Assembly: GCA_963741955.1 (NCBI GenBank)
Contig: CAVUKB010000005.1
Span: 96,001 to 160,000 of the forward strand
Direction of reading: 5' to 3'
From: an uncultured Acidobacteriota bacterium
GTDB taxonomy: Bacteria > Acidobacteriota > Thermoanaerobaculia > Gp7-AA8
Length of the DNA stretch: 64,000 nucleotides
Positions 8,512 to 18,635 of the stretch are shown in pieces (position 1 is the stretch's first letter; each line of letters opens with the position of its first letter). Below the pieces are notes generated by a model. The model was not told the origin of the DNA. It searched no databases and saw only the letters and a list, made by a program, of their open reading frames with translations. A program made the translations under genes and the position numbers.

Positions 8512-11001
8512 ATGACCACAGAAGCGAGCGATTCGCCCGAACATGCACCTGCTGCGACGAAGAAGAGGCGCGCGGTGTCCCGCCTTCTTCCCCTGATCGT
8601 GGTTCTCGCGCTCGGCGTGCCGGCCGGATTCCTCGGCGCGAGAATGATTCGCATCCCGCTGGTGGAGAAGCTCGAGACGTACCGTCCCAGCATCATCACC
8701 CGGTTGTACGATCGCAACGGCCGCGTATTTTCGGACTACGCCATTCAGCGTCGGATCGTCGTTCCACTGCGGGAGATGGCGCCTTCGCTGGTGCACGCGA
8801 TCATCTCCGTCGAAGATTCCAACTTCTACGAGCACGGCGGAATCGACCCGAAGGCGATCCTGCGGGCGGCGATCAAAGACGCAATCGCTCGCAAGAAAGT
8901 CGAGGGGGCGTCGACACTCACCCAGCAGCTCGCCAAGCAGCTCTTCCTCACTCCGGAGAAGAGTTTTCGAAGGAAGTTCAATGAAGCATTTCTCGCGGTC
9001 GAGATCGAGAAGAACTTCACCAAGGATCAGATTCTCGAGCTTTACGCGAATCAGGTCTACCTCGGGCATGGCGCCTATGGCGTCGAGGCTGCGTCGCGCA
9101 CCTATTTCGGGAAGCACGCGAAGGATCTCGTGCCTGCGGAAGCGGCCACTCTCGCCGCGCTCATCCAGCGCCCCGAATACTTTTCTCCCATCAGCCATCC
9201 CGGCCGCGTGCTGGCGCGTCGGAACTACGTACTCAGGCGGATGGAGGAGCTCGGGTACCTGAAGAAACCCGACTTCGAACGGGCCGTCAACACCCCGATC
9301 GTTCTCGGGAGCTACAAGAGCGAGACGCCGGAAGTCGGTGCGTATTTCTCCGAAGAGGTCAGGCAGTACATCGAAAAGAGATACGGCGCGGAAGACCTCT
9401 ACCAGAGTGGACTCCAGGTGCACACCACCCTCGACGTTCAGATGCAGCAAGCCGCAGAGGAATCGCTCCAGGAAGGATTGCGCCGCTGGGACCACCGGCG
9501 TGGATTTCGGAAGCCGGATCGGAACGTGATCAAGGAAGGCCTCGATCCGCTGTCGTGGAAAGATCCTGCCTGGGAGAGGAATCTCACGGAAGGGAAGCTC
9601 TACCCGGCCGTGGTGCTGGAGGCGGATGACGAGAAGGTGGTGGTCCGGATTTCCGACCAGACGCTCACGCTGGGCGAGAAGAGCTGGGATTGGACGCACA
9701 AGAAGAGTCTCGGCGGAGTGCTCTCGCGAGGGGACGTGGTGCGCGTGCGATACCAGACGGACCCGAAGAAGAACAGCCGCGAGTGGTCGATCGACCAGGT
9801 GCCGCTCGTGCAGGGGGCGATCGTCGTCCTGGACGTCAGGAGCGGGGAGGTCCGTGCTCTGGTCGGAGGGTACGACTTCGACATCTCGAAATTCGACCGC
9901 GGGATCCAGTCGATGCGTCAGACCGGCTCATCGTTCAAGCCGTTCGTCTACGGCGCGGCCTTCGAGAAGGGGTTCACCCCGGCCGACACGGTTTTCGACG
10001 CGCCGGTCGAGATCCCCTGGAACAACTCCGTCTATTCGCCACGGAACTACCACGGAGAATACTCCGGGATCGTCACCATTCAGCGTGCGCTGGAACTTTC
10101 GATCAATGTTCCCGCGGTGAAGACGCTGATGATGATCGGCGGGCGGAACGTCATCGATTTCGCTCGGAAGTGCGGAATCACTTCGCCCCTTCCCGATTAC
10201 CCCTCGCTGGCGCTCGGCGCAGGAGGGATCTCGCCTCTGGAGATGACCGCCGCATACAACACCTTCGCGAATCAGGGGGTGTACACGAAACCCCGGTTCA
10301 TCCGGAAGATCACGGCGGCGAACGACAAGGTCCTCGAGGAGAGCTATCCGGAGATCTCCGAGGCGATGAGCGCGCAGAACGCGTATCTTCTCACCTACGT
10401 GCTCGAAGGGACGATCCGGAGAGGAACCGGGTACGACGCGCACGTGATCCCGGGCGCTCTGGCGGGAAAAACCGGGACGACGAATGCGTACACCGACGCA
10501 TGGTTCGTCGGGTTCTCTCCGGAGATCTCGGTCGGCGTCTGGGTCGGGTACGACGATCCGGCGCGGTCGCTCGGCGGGGGCGCGACGGGAGCGGCGGTCG
10601 CCCTCCCGATCTGGATCGACTTTTTCAACCGCATCGACGCGGAGAAGCTTCGAGGGGCGCCGAAGGAGAACTTCGACATGCCTCCGGGGATCGTGGTCGT
10701 TCCGATGGACCTGAAGACGGGACACCTGGGAGAAGGTCCCTGCGGCCGCGTGGTGGACGAGGCATTCATCGCCGGGACGGAACCGGAAAAGGACTGCAGC
10801 GGGCAGCTCCAGGAAGTGATCAAGCTGCCGTATTACCTCCAGCGTCCGTTCTATGAGCCGAAGGAATCGGAGCCGATCGTCGCGGCTCCCGACCAGGAGG
10901 CGAAACCGGGAGAGGGAGCAGAGTCGCCGGTGCCCCCTCCGCCGGAGCAGACCACAACGGCGCCGGCACCGACTACGACCTCACCGCCGCCGCCGGAGTG
11001 A
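8512..11001 (+). CDS. mrcA: penicillin-binding protein 1A (class A PBP)
   Basis: EDSNFYEHGG, GASTLTQQLAK, RKFNE transglycosylase motifs; SSFK, SIN, KTG transpeptidase motifs; N-terminal TM; TAAACT 7 nt before ATG 8512. Confidence 0.95.
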   Translation: MTTEASDSPEHAPAATKKRRAVSRLLPLIVVLALGVPAGFLGARMIRIPLVEKLETYRPSIITRLYDRNGRVFSDYAIQRRIVVPLREMAPSLVHAIISVEDSNFYEHGGIDPKAILRAAIKDAIARKKVEGASTLTQQLAKQLFLTPEKSFRRKFNEAFLAVEIEKNFTKDQILELYANQVYLGHGAYGVEAASRTYFGKHAKDLVPAEAATLAALIQRPEYFSPISHPGRVLARRNYVLRRMEELGYLKKPDFERAVNTPIVLGSYKSETPEVGAYFSEEVRQYIEKRYGAEDLYQSGLQVHTTLDVQMQQAAEESLQEGLRRWDHRRGFRKPDRNVIKEGLDPLSWKDPAWERNLTEGKLYPAVVLEADDEKVVVRISDQTLTLGEKSWDWTHKKSLGGVLSRGDVVRVRYQTDPKKNSREWSIDQVPLVQGAIVVLDVRSGEVRALVGGYDFDISKFDRGIQSMRQTGSSFKPFVYGAAFEKGFTPADTVFDAPVEIPWNNSVYSPRNYHGEYSGIVTIQRALELSINVPAVKTLMMIGGRNVIDFARKCGITSPLPDYPSLALGAGGISPLEMTAAYNTFANQGVYTKPRFIRKITAANDKVLEESYPEISEAMSAQNAYLLTYVLEGTIRRGTGYDAHVIPGALAGKTGTTNAYTDAWFVGFSPEISVGVWVGYDDPARSLGGGATGAAVALPIWIDFFNRIDAEKLRGAPKENFDMPPGIVVVPMDLKTGHLGEGPCGRVVDEAFIAGTEPEKDCSGQLQEVIKLPYYLQRPFYEPKESEPIVAAPDQEAKPGEGAESPVPPPPEQTTTAPAPTTTSPPPPE

Positions 11002-11030
11002 GACCTCCGGACGCTCCGAAAGGCGCGACC

Positions 11031-11046
11031 CCGCGCAGACTCCTAG
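11031..11046. repeat. MITE right terminal repeat remnant (CCGCGCAGACTCCTAG)
   Basis: Matches 1232-1247 at 15 of 16 positions; its CTAG contains the stop codon of the convergent response regulator. Confidence 0.65.
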
Positions 11047-11420
11047 GGAACCAGCCGCCGGATCACGTCGATGAACTTCTCGCGCGTGAGCGGTTTGCGC
11101 ATCCACGCATTCGCGCCGGAAGCCGGGAACATCTCTTCGAGTGCCTTTTCCGGGAGATCCGAGATCAGTACGATCGGGATCTCCTTCTTGTTCGACTGCG
11201 ATTTGAGCACTTCACTCAGACGATTTCCCTTGATGCTGGGAAGATTCACGTCGAGGAAGATGATGTCCGGTGAATTCGCGGCGAGGACGTGGTTGAATTC
11301 GATCCAGCTAGCTGCGGTGAGAACAGTCGCTCCTTCCCGTTCAAGCAATGCGCGCGCAAGCTTCAGCACGAGCGGATTGTCGTCCAGAACAAGCACGGTC
11401 ATATTGTCGAGTGCGGCCAT
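11043..11420 (-). CDS. single-domain response regulator (CheY-like receiver)
   Basis: VLVLDD, IIFLDVNLP, IVLIS, RKP receiver motifs. Confidence 0.9.
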   Translation of the reverse strand: MAALDNMTVLVLDDNPLVLKLARALLEREGATVLTAASWIEFNHVLAANSPDIIFLDVNLPSIKGNRLSEVLKSQSNKKEIPIVLISDLPEKALEEMFPASGANAWMRKPLTREKFIDVIRRLVP

Positions 11421-11521
11421 CCAACGTACTCCGATCCGATCATTGATGGGGGATTGGAATCCTCCGTCATGATACATTCTCTTCCGTATTTTGTCGTGAA
11501 ATCTCACCAAGGAGTGTCGAA

Positions 11522-12043
11522 TTGGACAGTCACGTTCCACCCGACTCCCCACCATCCCCGCCGCCTCCGACCGAGCCCTCGGGAACGAGTGGCTCCTATC
11601 AGCGACCTGCGGACTACTACTCTACTCCGACTCAACCCGAGCGGAAGGGCTGTCCGAAGTGGATTCCGATCGGCTGCGGCCTTCTGGGCTGCCTCACATT
11701 GATCATTATATTCATAGGCGGCTTCTATCTCATGCGGGGCGGCGCCGGGAAGATGCTGAACTTCGCGTTCAACACGATCCAGCGCGATTCGTCCCGGATG
11801 ATGGGCCCGGACGTCACGCCGTCGCAGCGTGAGGCATTCCAGGCAGAGTTCACCCGGTTCCGAAAGAACATTTCCGATGGGCGTGCACCGATGACCGAGG
11901 TGCAGAAAGTCCTGAACGAGATGCGGGACGCCGTGGGCGACCGGAAACTCACGCCGGACGAGGTCGACGGGCTGACCGAACTGATGAAGGGGATCAACGA
12001 GCGGGCGGAGAAGAATTCGACCTCGAAACCTGTTCAACTCTGA
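11522..12043 (+). CDS. hypothetical membrane protein
   Basis: SD AAGGAG before TTG; Pro-rich N-terminus, single TM ([24 protein letters not shown]), helical C-terminus; 5 nt from uvrB. Confidence 0.75.
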   Translation: MDSHVPPDSPPSPPPPTEPSGTSGSYQRPADYYSTPTQPERKGCPKWIPIGCGLLGCLTLIIIFIGGFYLMRGGAGKMLNFAFNTIQRDSSRMMGPDVTPSQREAFQAEFTRFRKNISDGRAPMTEVQKVLNEMRDAVGDRKLTPDEVDGLTELMKGINERAEKNSTSKPVQL

Positions 12044-12048
12044 CCGGA

Positions 12049-14034
12049 ATGGATCGGTTCGAGCTCGTTTCTCCCTTTGAGCCGCAAGGCGACCAGATCG
12101 CTGCGATCGAGAAGCTCGTCGGCGCCGCGCGCGACGACGAGCGCGAACAGGTGTTGCTCGGCGTCACCGGCTCCGGAAAGACGTTCACCATGGCCAAGGT
12201 GATCGAGGCCCTCAACCGCCCGACCCTGATCCTCAGTCACAACAAGACTCTGGCCGCGCAGCTCTACCAGGAATTCCGCAATTTCTTTCCCGAGAACCGG
12301 GTCGAGTACTTCGTCTCCTACTACGACTACTACCAGCCGGAAGCCTACATCCCGCAGTCGGATCTCTACATCGAAAAGGAGATGACGAAGAACGAGGAGA
12401 TCGACAAGCTGCGGCTTGCCGCAACCAAGTCTCTCTTCGAGAGACGCGACGTGATCATCGTCGCTTCAGTCTCCTGCATCTACGGCATCGGCGACCCCGA
12501 GCTCTACTACGGAATGCTCCTCTTTTTCGAAAAAGGGGTGACCAAGCCGCTTCCGGAGTACCTGCGGAAGCTCACCGAGATGCAGTACCAGCGCACGCCG
12601 TACGACCTCTCCCGAGGGACCTTCCGCCTCAGAGGTGACGTCCTGGAGATCTGGCCCGCCTACGAAGACGATGCAGTCCGGATCGAGTTCTTCGGAGACG
12701 AGATCGACGCGATCTCGAGAATCGATCCTGTCACCGGCCACGTCACTCGGACCTACGAACGGCTGGCCGTCTATCCGAAGACCCATTACGTCACTCCTCG
12801 GGATCGGCTCCTCGAAGCGATCGCCGCGATCAAGGAGGAGCTCGCTGAAAGGACCGAAGAGCTCAAGAGGAACGACCGGCTCCTCGAGGCGCAGCGTCTC
12901 CAGCAGCGCACGCTCTTCGACATCGAGATGATGACGGAGCTCGGTTACTGCAACGGGATCGAGAATTACAGCCGTCACCTGAGCGGCCGCGCGCCCGGTC
13001 AGCCGCCACCGACGTTGATCGACTATTTTCCGAAGGACTACCTCCTGATCATCGACGAGTCCCACCAGACTGTTCCCCAGCTCCGCGCGATGTGGGGAGG
13101 GGACCGGGCCAGAAAACAGACCCTCGTCGAATACGGTTTCCGTCTTCCGAGCGCGATCGACAACCGGCCCCTGAGCTTCGAGGAGTTCGAGGGAAAGGTA
13201 AATCAGGTGGTCTTCGTCTCCGCGACGCCCGGCGCGTACGAGTTGCAGAAGAGTGGGGGCCAGTTCGTCGAGCAGGTCATCCGGCCGACCGGGCTGCTCG
13301 ATCCGCAGATCGAGATCCGGCCGGTGAAGGGTCAGGTCGACGATCTGATCGGAGTGATCCGGGAGAGAATCGACAAGAAAGAGCGGGTGATGGTCACCAC
13401 GCTCACCAAGAAGATGTCCGAGGATCTGAGCCGTTATCTCCTCGAGCTCGGAATCAAGGTCACCTATCTCCATTCGGACATCGACACGTTGGAGCGGGTG
13501 GCGATCCTTCGCGATTTCCGCCTCGGGACGTTCGACGTCCTCGTCGGCATCAACCTTCTCCGCGAGGGACTCGATCTTCCCGAATGTTCGTGTGTCGCCA
13601 TTCTCGACGCGGACAAGGAAGGCTTCCTCCGTTCCGGAACCTCTCTGATCCAGACCATCGGACGCGCTGCCCGGAACGTGAACGGTCTGGCGATCCTCTA
13701 TGCCGACCGGATCACGGATTCGATGCGGCACGCGATCGATGAGACGGAGCGGAGACGGTCGATTCAGGAAGAGTGGAATCGCGAGCACGGCATCGAGCCG
13801 GCGACCATCATCAAGGCCGTCGATTCGGACCTGGTCCGGATGTCCAACCTCGACTACTTCGAGATACCGGGAAAGAGGGGAGCGCTCGATCTCGTCGCGG
13901 ACGAAGATCTCGATGCGAAAATCGCAAGGCTGACCCGGGAGATGAAAGATGCCGCCAAGAATCTCGAATTCGAGAAGGCGGCCGAGCTGCGGGATCAGCT
14001 CCGGGAACTGAAAGAGCTCCGGATCTTCGTCTGA
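12049..14034 (+). CDS. uvrB: excinuclease ABC subunit B
   Basis: [32 protein letters not shown]-terminal UVR domain. Confidence 0.99.
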   Translation: MDRFELVSPFEPQGDQIAAIEKLVGAARDDEREQVLLGVTGSGKTFTMAKVIEALNRPTLILSHNKTLAAQLYQEFRNFFPENRVEYFVSYYDYYQPEAYIPQSDLYIEKEMTKNEEIDKLRLAATKSLFERRDVIIVASVSCIYGIGDPELYYGMLLFFEKGVTKPLPEYLRKLTEMQYQRTPYDLSRGTFRLRGDVLEIWPAYEDDAVRIEFFGDEIDAISRIDPVTGHVTRTYERLAVYPKTHYVTPRDRLLEAIAAIKEELAERTEELKRNDRLLEAQRLQQRTLFDIEMMTELGYCNGIENYSRHLSGRAPGQPPPTLIDYFPKDYLLIIDESHQTVPQLRAMWGGDRARKQTLVEYGFRLPSAIDNRPLSFEEFEGKVNQVVFVSATPGAYELQKSGGQFVEQVIRPTGLLDPQIEIRPVKGQVDDLIGVIRERIDKKERVMVTTLTKKMSEDLSRYLLELGIKVTYLHSDIDTLERVAILRDFRLGTFDVLVGINLLREGLDLPECSCVAILDADKEGFLRSGTSLIQTIGRAARNVNGLAILYADRITDSMRHAIDETERRRSIQEEWNREHGIEPATIIKAVDSDLVRMSNLDYFEIPGKRGALDLVADEDLDAKIARLTREMKDAAKNLEFEKAAELRDQLRELKELRIFV

Positions 14035-14050
14035 CCGTCACGCCTCCTTA

Positions 14051-14066
14051 CCGCGCACACTACTAG
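14051..14066. repeat. degenerate MITE right terminal repeat (CCGCGCACACTACTAG)
   Basis: 14/16 identity to 11031-11046; its CTAG contains the stop codon of the CGNR gene. Confidence 0.45.
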
Positions 14067-14650
14067 CCCTTTTCTCTCCGGTAGTGCCGCCGCGCCTTCG
14101 CGCGGTTCCCGCATCCGGTCATGGTGCACCAGCGCCGGGACCCGTTCCGGCTCTGGTCAAGGAAGAGGCGGCTGCAGTCGCGACCCGAACACTCTCGCAG
14201 CCGGGAGATCTCGGGTGAGACGAGGAGATCGGCGGCGGCGCAGATCACCGGCCAGAGGATCCGCTGAGGGTCCGTACTCCGTTCCCATTCCCACTCGAAG
14301 CGGTCCCGTCGCCCACCGATGCGCCGGTGCGGGTACGTCCGGGCGATGGCCTCGTTGAGGAGCGAGAGATCGGACGGTGAGGGAGGCCGCTTCCGCGCGA
14401 TCCGCGAGAAGATCGACTGAATCGAATCTCGAAGCGAGCGCGCCTCTCCGGCCAGCGTCTCGCCGCCGCCACTCTCCTCGATCTGTCCCAGAATCTGCCG
14501 CCGCTCGTGAGCGGTGATCAGCCCTGCGTTCCGACACCATTCGAGGAGGTGATCCAGATCGGGGAGCCCTTCTCTCCGGTCTCCGAGAGCATGAAAGCCG
14601 GCCGAGTTGGCGAATTCCAGGGCGAGGTTCCCTCCGACGTTCTCCTGCAT
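14063..14650 (-). CDS. ABATE-domain / CGNR zinc-finger transcriptional regulator
   Basis: GGNLALEFANS N-terminal motif; RECSGRDCSRLFLDQSRNGSRRWCTMTGCGNRAKARRH; SD AAAGGAG before ATG 14650 (alternative start 14752). Confidence 0.92.
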   Translation of the reverse strand: MQENVGGNLALEFANSAGFHALGDRREGLPDLDHLLEWCRNAGLITAHERRQILGQIEESGGGETLAGEARSLRDSIQSIFSRIARKRPPSPSDLSLLNEAIARTYPHRRIGGRRDRFEWEWERSTDPQRILWPVICAAADLLVSPEISRLRECSGRDCSRLFLDQSRNGSRRWCTMTGCGNRAKARRHYRREKG

Positions 14651-14742
14651 CCGGTCTCCTTTTTTCACGGACTGCACCCGGGGCTCTCTTTGGCTCGAGC
14701 GCGATCTCTCCGCGCGGGAGATTCGGGCCCGACTCCGGTCGC

Positions 14743-14846
14743 TAACCATCATAACAACAAACGAAGGTTATTGGGCTTTATAACCATCTAAAATAAATAA
14801 GCAGGTTATAAAGCTGCCTAACCCCCGAAAGCGAAATAGAAGGATA
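14743..14846. promoter_or_regulatory. three tandem TAACC-N18-GG(T/A)TA palindromic operators, 38-bp period
   Basis: Sites at 14743-14770, 14781-14808, 14819-14846; middle site extends to a perfect 10-bp inverted repeat CTTTATAACC/GGTTATAAAG; AT-rich island between divergent CGNR gene and uvrC. Confidence 0.7.
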
Positions 14847-14947
14847 TACGGCAATGACCGCGCTCTGGCGACGGAATGGTGCGAGACATCCGGGCTGGCG
14901 CGAATGGGAGCAAATCGACTTGCCGATTTGTTGCTGGAGTCTGCGCG

Positions 14948-16789
14948 ATGTCCAACGGCTCGGATTCACGAATGGAGCGGCTCAGGAGCCGCCTGAAAGA
15001 GATCCCGGAGCGGCCCGGGGTCTACCTCCACCGCAACTCCGCAGGGGAGGTGATCTACGTCGGGAAGGCCCGCAATCTCCGGAGTCGCGTCTCCTCCTAC
15101 ATTTCCGGACGCGGGGCTCGCGACAGCAAGACGATGTCGCTGATCGCGGAGATCGAAGCCATCGATTTCGTGACCACGAACAACGAGCTCGAGGCGATCC
15201 TTCTCGAGAACAACCTGATCAAGGCGAACCAGCCGCGCTACAACGTCCTTCTCCGCGACGACAAGACGTATCCGTACCTGAAAGTGACGCTCTCCGAGCC
15301 GTATCCTCGAGTGGTCTTCACCCGAAGAGTGAACCGGGAGAAGGGTGATCTCTACTTCGGTCCTTTCTTCGCGGGAACTGCCCGACGGATCCTGAAGCTG
15401 ATCCAGGACCACTTCAGCCTCAGGACCTGCGACATCCCGATCCGTGAAGGGGTGAGTGCGCTTCCCCGGCCCTGCCTCTATTACGACATGCACCAATGTC
15501 TCGGGCCGTGCGTCGAGGGTCTGACCACGCGCGAAGAGTACCTTCAGGTCGTCGACGACGTGGTCCTCTTCCTGAGCGGACGGAGCAAAGAGCTCCAGCA
15601 GCGCCTGAAGGTCCGCATGTATGACGCGGCGGAGAAGGAGCGGTTCGAGCTCGCAACCTACTACCGCGATCTGGTGAGGACAGTCGAACGGACCCAGGCC
15701 GAGCAGCAGGTCGCTTCGGCCGGGGACGCGAACGCCGACGTCTGGGGAATGTTCGAGGAGGGGAGCGACGTCGCGGTGCAGGTTTTCATCATGCGCGACG
15801 GCAACCTGGTTGACCGTCGGGAGATCTTCTGGGAGAAAGTCGAAGCCTTCAACGCGGAGGAGTTTCTCGCCGAGGTGGTCCAGCGATACTACGAGGACAA
15901 CCTGTTCATTCCCGCCGAGATCCATCTACCGCACCAGATTGCCGACGCGGAGCTGATCGCCGACTGGCTCGAATCGAAGCGCGGCCGGAAAGTGCGTCTT
16001 CGTATACCGATGCGGGGGAAGGCGCTCGACCGGATCGAGCTCGCGGTGCGGAATGCACGAGTGGCTCACGAGTCGCGCTTCCGGAAGTCCCAGCAGGACC
16101 GGCTGCAGGTTGCAGCAGCCCGTCTCGGCTCGATCGTCGGCGCTCCCGGCGACGTTCAGTGGGTCGAATCGTTCGACATCTCGAACATCCAGGGAAGCGA
16201 TTCGGTGGCGGGGATGATTGTCTTCGGCGAGGGGCGGTTCCGGAAGGAGCACTACCGGGTCTTCAACATCCGAACGGTGGAGGGGGCGGACGACTTCCGC
16301 TCCATGGCCGAGGCGGTCGAGAGGCGCTACAGGAGAGTGGTCTCGGAGGAGCGGTCGCTTCCGGATCTGATTCTCATCGACGGAGGACGAGGGCAGTTGA
16401 ACGCCGCCCTTTCCGCTCTCGCGAAGCTCGGAATCGACGGCGTGGCGGTCGCAGGACTCGCCAAACGGGAAGAGGAGATTTACCTCCCCGATTCGGAAGA
16501 TCCGGTCTGTCTCGACCGGCATGATCCGGCGTTACAGCTGCTGCAAATGATTCGCGATGAAACGCACCGGTTTGCCGTATCATCGCATCGAAGAAGGCGA
16601 TCGCGACGGACGCTTCAGAGCGAGCTCGATTCGCTCTCCGGCGTGGGAGCCACACGCCGGAAACTGCTGCTGGAGCACTTCGGCAGTCTCTCGGCGGTGC
16701 GGCAGGCCTCCGCGCAGGACCTGTCGAAGGTTCTCGGCCGAAAGGTCGGACAATCCGTTTACGATCAGCTCCATTCCGGTTCCATATGA
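14948..16789 (+). CDS. uvrC: excinuclease ABC subunit C
   Basis: GIY-YIG (PGVY...IYVGKA), Cys-rich region, ESFDISN, LIDGG, HhH C-terminus. Start 14948 or 14972. Confidence 0.97.
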   Translation: MSNGSDSRMERLRSRLKEIPERPGVYLHRNSAGEVIYVGKARNLRSRVSSYISGRGARDSKTMSLIAEIEAIDFVTTNNELEAILLENNLIKANQPRYNVLLRDDKTYPYLKVTLSEPYPRVVFTRRVNREKGDLYFGPFFAGTARRILKLIQDHFSLRTCDIPIREGVSALPRPCLYYDMHQCLGPCVEGLTTREEYLQVVDDVVLFLSGRSKELQQRLKVRMYDAAEKERFELATYYRDLVRTVERTQAEQQVASAGDANADVWGMFEEGSDVAVQVFIMRDGNLVDRREIFWEKVEAFNAEEFLAEVVQRYYEDNLFIPAEIHLPHQIADAELIADWLESKRGRKVRLRIPMRGKALDRIELAVRNARVAHESRFRKSQQDRLQVAAARLGSIVGAPGDVQWVESFDISNIQGSDSVAGMIVFGEGRFRKEHYRVFNIRTVEGADDFRSMAEAVERRYRRVVSEERSLPDLILIDGGRGQLNAALSALAKLGIDGVAVAGLAKREEEIYLPDSEDPVCLDRHDPALQLLQMIRDETHRFAVSSHRRRRSRRTLQSELDSLSGVGATRRKLLLEHFGSLSAVRQASAQDLSKVLGRKVGQSVYDQLHSGSI

Positions 16790-16811
16790 CCCGGGGAGAG
16801 GGAGGAAGTGA

Positions 16812-18635
16812 ATGACATTCGAAGGTGAGATCAACGAAATCGAACTGATACCGCGTCTTCTCGAGCTCGGGTCGCAACACTTCACCGGTGCGATCCGCTT
16901 CGAGAACGACGCGTTCATCAAGATCATTTACTTCAAGGACGGAAATGTCCTCTCCGCGAGCACGAACGATCGATCCGACAGCATCGACGAGATCCTCCTG
17001 CGGGGCGGAAAGGTCACCCGGGAGCATCTGAAACAGGCACTCGCACGCCGCAAGGAGAACGAGACTCTCGGGGACGCCCTTCTCACCCTCGGTTTCATCA
17101 CCCGGAAAGAGCTGACCTGGGCGCGGCGGGTTCAGGTCGTCGGCGTGATCCGCTCGATCCTGCAATGGCAGTCGGGATCCTACACCATCGTCCAGGACTA
17201 CCTCCCGAAACGGGAGGAGGGGACGTTCTTCCTTCTCCCTCACGTGATCCTCGAGCTTCTGGTCACCAGCCAGGATCGGGAGGCGATCGAAAAAGAGATG
17301 GAGGGCGGAAGCGTCGTCTTCGCCGCTGCACCCGATTTCGACGCGACATACCGCACGCTCGGATTGAATCAGGATGCAGATCGGATCACCGCACTCGTCG
17401 ACGGGAACCGGTCGGCCGACGAGATCGCATCATCCTCCGCGAACGACAGCTTCACCGTCTACAAGCTCCTCTATGCGCTTGAGGTTCTCGGGTTGATCCG
17501 AGCGAAACCTAAAGTGACACATCAGGTTTCGCCCCCGGCGTTCCGTCCCCCGAGCTCGCTCGACCAACTGAGTTTCGAGGATGAACCGGCGCTGGAGATC
17601 GGTCCGGGCGCTGCGCTCGACATGGCGGGCGAGCCGGCAGCCGTGAAGGGCGGGGGTTCAGGAGGGCTCGACGTCGGGACGCCGTCCCCGGAGCTGCGGA
17701 CTCCGCTCCAATCCGCTCCGGCGGCCGCGCCCGCTTCGTCAGGCTCCGTCAGAACACCTTCCCTCGATGACATTTCGTGGGAGAAGGGGAGCGACCCCGC
17801 GGCCGACCCGACGCTGGAGATGGGTCTTCCGGATCTGAGCCGCGACTCCGGCGCCGAGTCGCTCTCGTGGAACGAGCCGGTTGAAATTCCGAACTCCCTC
17901 CCGGAGCCTGACCAGAGTTTTCCAACCCCGAACCGTGCAGCGGGCTTCACTCCGAGCTCGGTCGCGCAAGAGAAGGGCGGGAGCCGAACGTTCCTCTACG
18001 TGCTGCTCGCGATCGTGGTTCTCGGAGCGGGCGGATACTTCGGATTCAGGTGGTGGAGTGGCAGGGGAGCGGTCGCTCCGGCGCCACCCTCCGAAGCGGC
18101 GGGCATTCGGCCGCCCGCAGAAGTGGCCGTTCACCCCCCCGCCGCGAACCTTTCGCCGGTTACGACGTCGGTCGCGGAGGAGTCAGGAAGCCCGCAGGAT
18201 CCGGCGGTCGCAGATCCCGGCACGTCGTCCGCGCCGCCGGTCACGCCAAAGGTATCGACGCCGAAACCGGAACCGGTGCGTCCGGCGGTAACGGAGAAGC
18301 CGAAGCCGTCGCCGAAGCCTGCCGCCGCTGACCCTCTTCGGACGCGCTACGACGGGATGGCCGCGCAGTACGTCCGGGATGCGGCATCCGTTGGATGGAC
18401 GGTTCAGGTCGAGCTGGTTTGCGAGACCGATTCGATCACCCGCGCACTCCGCGACGGCGGTGACGGGGTCTGGTTCGTCCCGATCTCCTATCATGGCCGT
18501 GCCTGTTACCGCGTCTTCTGGGGCCGGTACACGAGTCGCAGGGGCGCAGAGGAGGCGAAGAGCGCACTTCCCGCCGCGCTCGCGGAAGGAAGTCGTCCCG
18601 CAGTGGTCGAACCGCGGAGGATCGTAACGAAATGA
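16812..18635 (+). CDS. DUF4388-domain, single-TM protein with C-terminal SPOR-like domain
   Basis: N-terminal FEGEINEIELIPRLLEL...TGAIRF...IYFKDGNV; long Pro/Ser linker; TM FLYVLLAIVVLGAGGYFGF; C-terminal WTVQV...YRVFWGRYTSRRGAEEA. Confidence 0.7.
   Translation: MTFEGEINEIELIPRLLELGSQHFTGAIRFENDAFIKIIYFKDGNVLSASTNDRSDSIDEILLRGGKVTREHLKQALARRKENETLGDALLTLGFITRKELTWARRVQVVGVIRSILQWQSGSYTIVQDYLPKREEGTFFLLPHVILELLVTSQDREAIEKEMEGGSVVFAAAPDFDATYRTLGLNQDADRITALVDGNRSADEIASSSANDSFTVYKLLYALEVLGLIRAKPKVTHQVSPPAFRPPSSLDQLSFEDEPALEIGPGAALDMAGEPAAVKGGGSGGLDVGTPSPELRTPLQSAPAAAPASSGSVRTPSLDDISWEKGSDPAADPTLEMGLPDLSRDSGAESLSWNEPVEIPNSLPEPDQSFPTPNRAAGFTPSSVAQEKGGSRTFLYVLLAIVVLGAGGYFGFRWWSGRGAVAPAPPSEAAGIRPPAEVAVHPPAANLSPVTTSVAEESGSPQDPAVADPGTSSAPPVTPKVSTPKPEPVRPAVTEKPKPSPKPAAADPLRTRYDGMAAQYVRDAASVGWTVQVELVCETDSITRALRDGGDGVWFVPISYHGRACYRVFWGRYTSRRGAEEAKSALPAALAEGSRPAVVEPRRIVTK

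Noticed and set aside
12020-12060. LexA box (GTTC-N7-GTTC type) upstream of uvrB; also looked before uvrC and recG
   Set aside because: Only single half-sites seen.
14743-14846. 38-bp periodic array as mini-CRISPR
   Set aside because: Only 5-bp arms are conserved, unit too short, no cas genes; better explained as operators.
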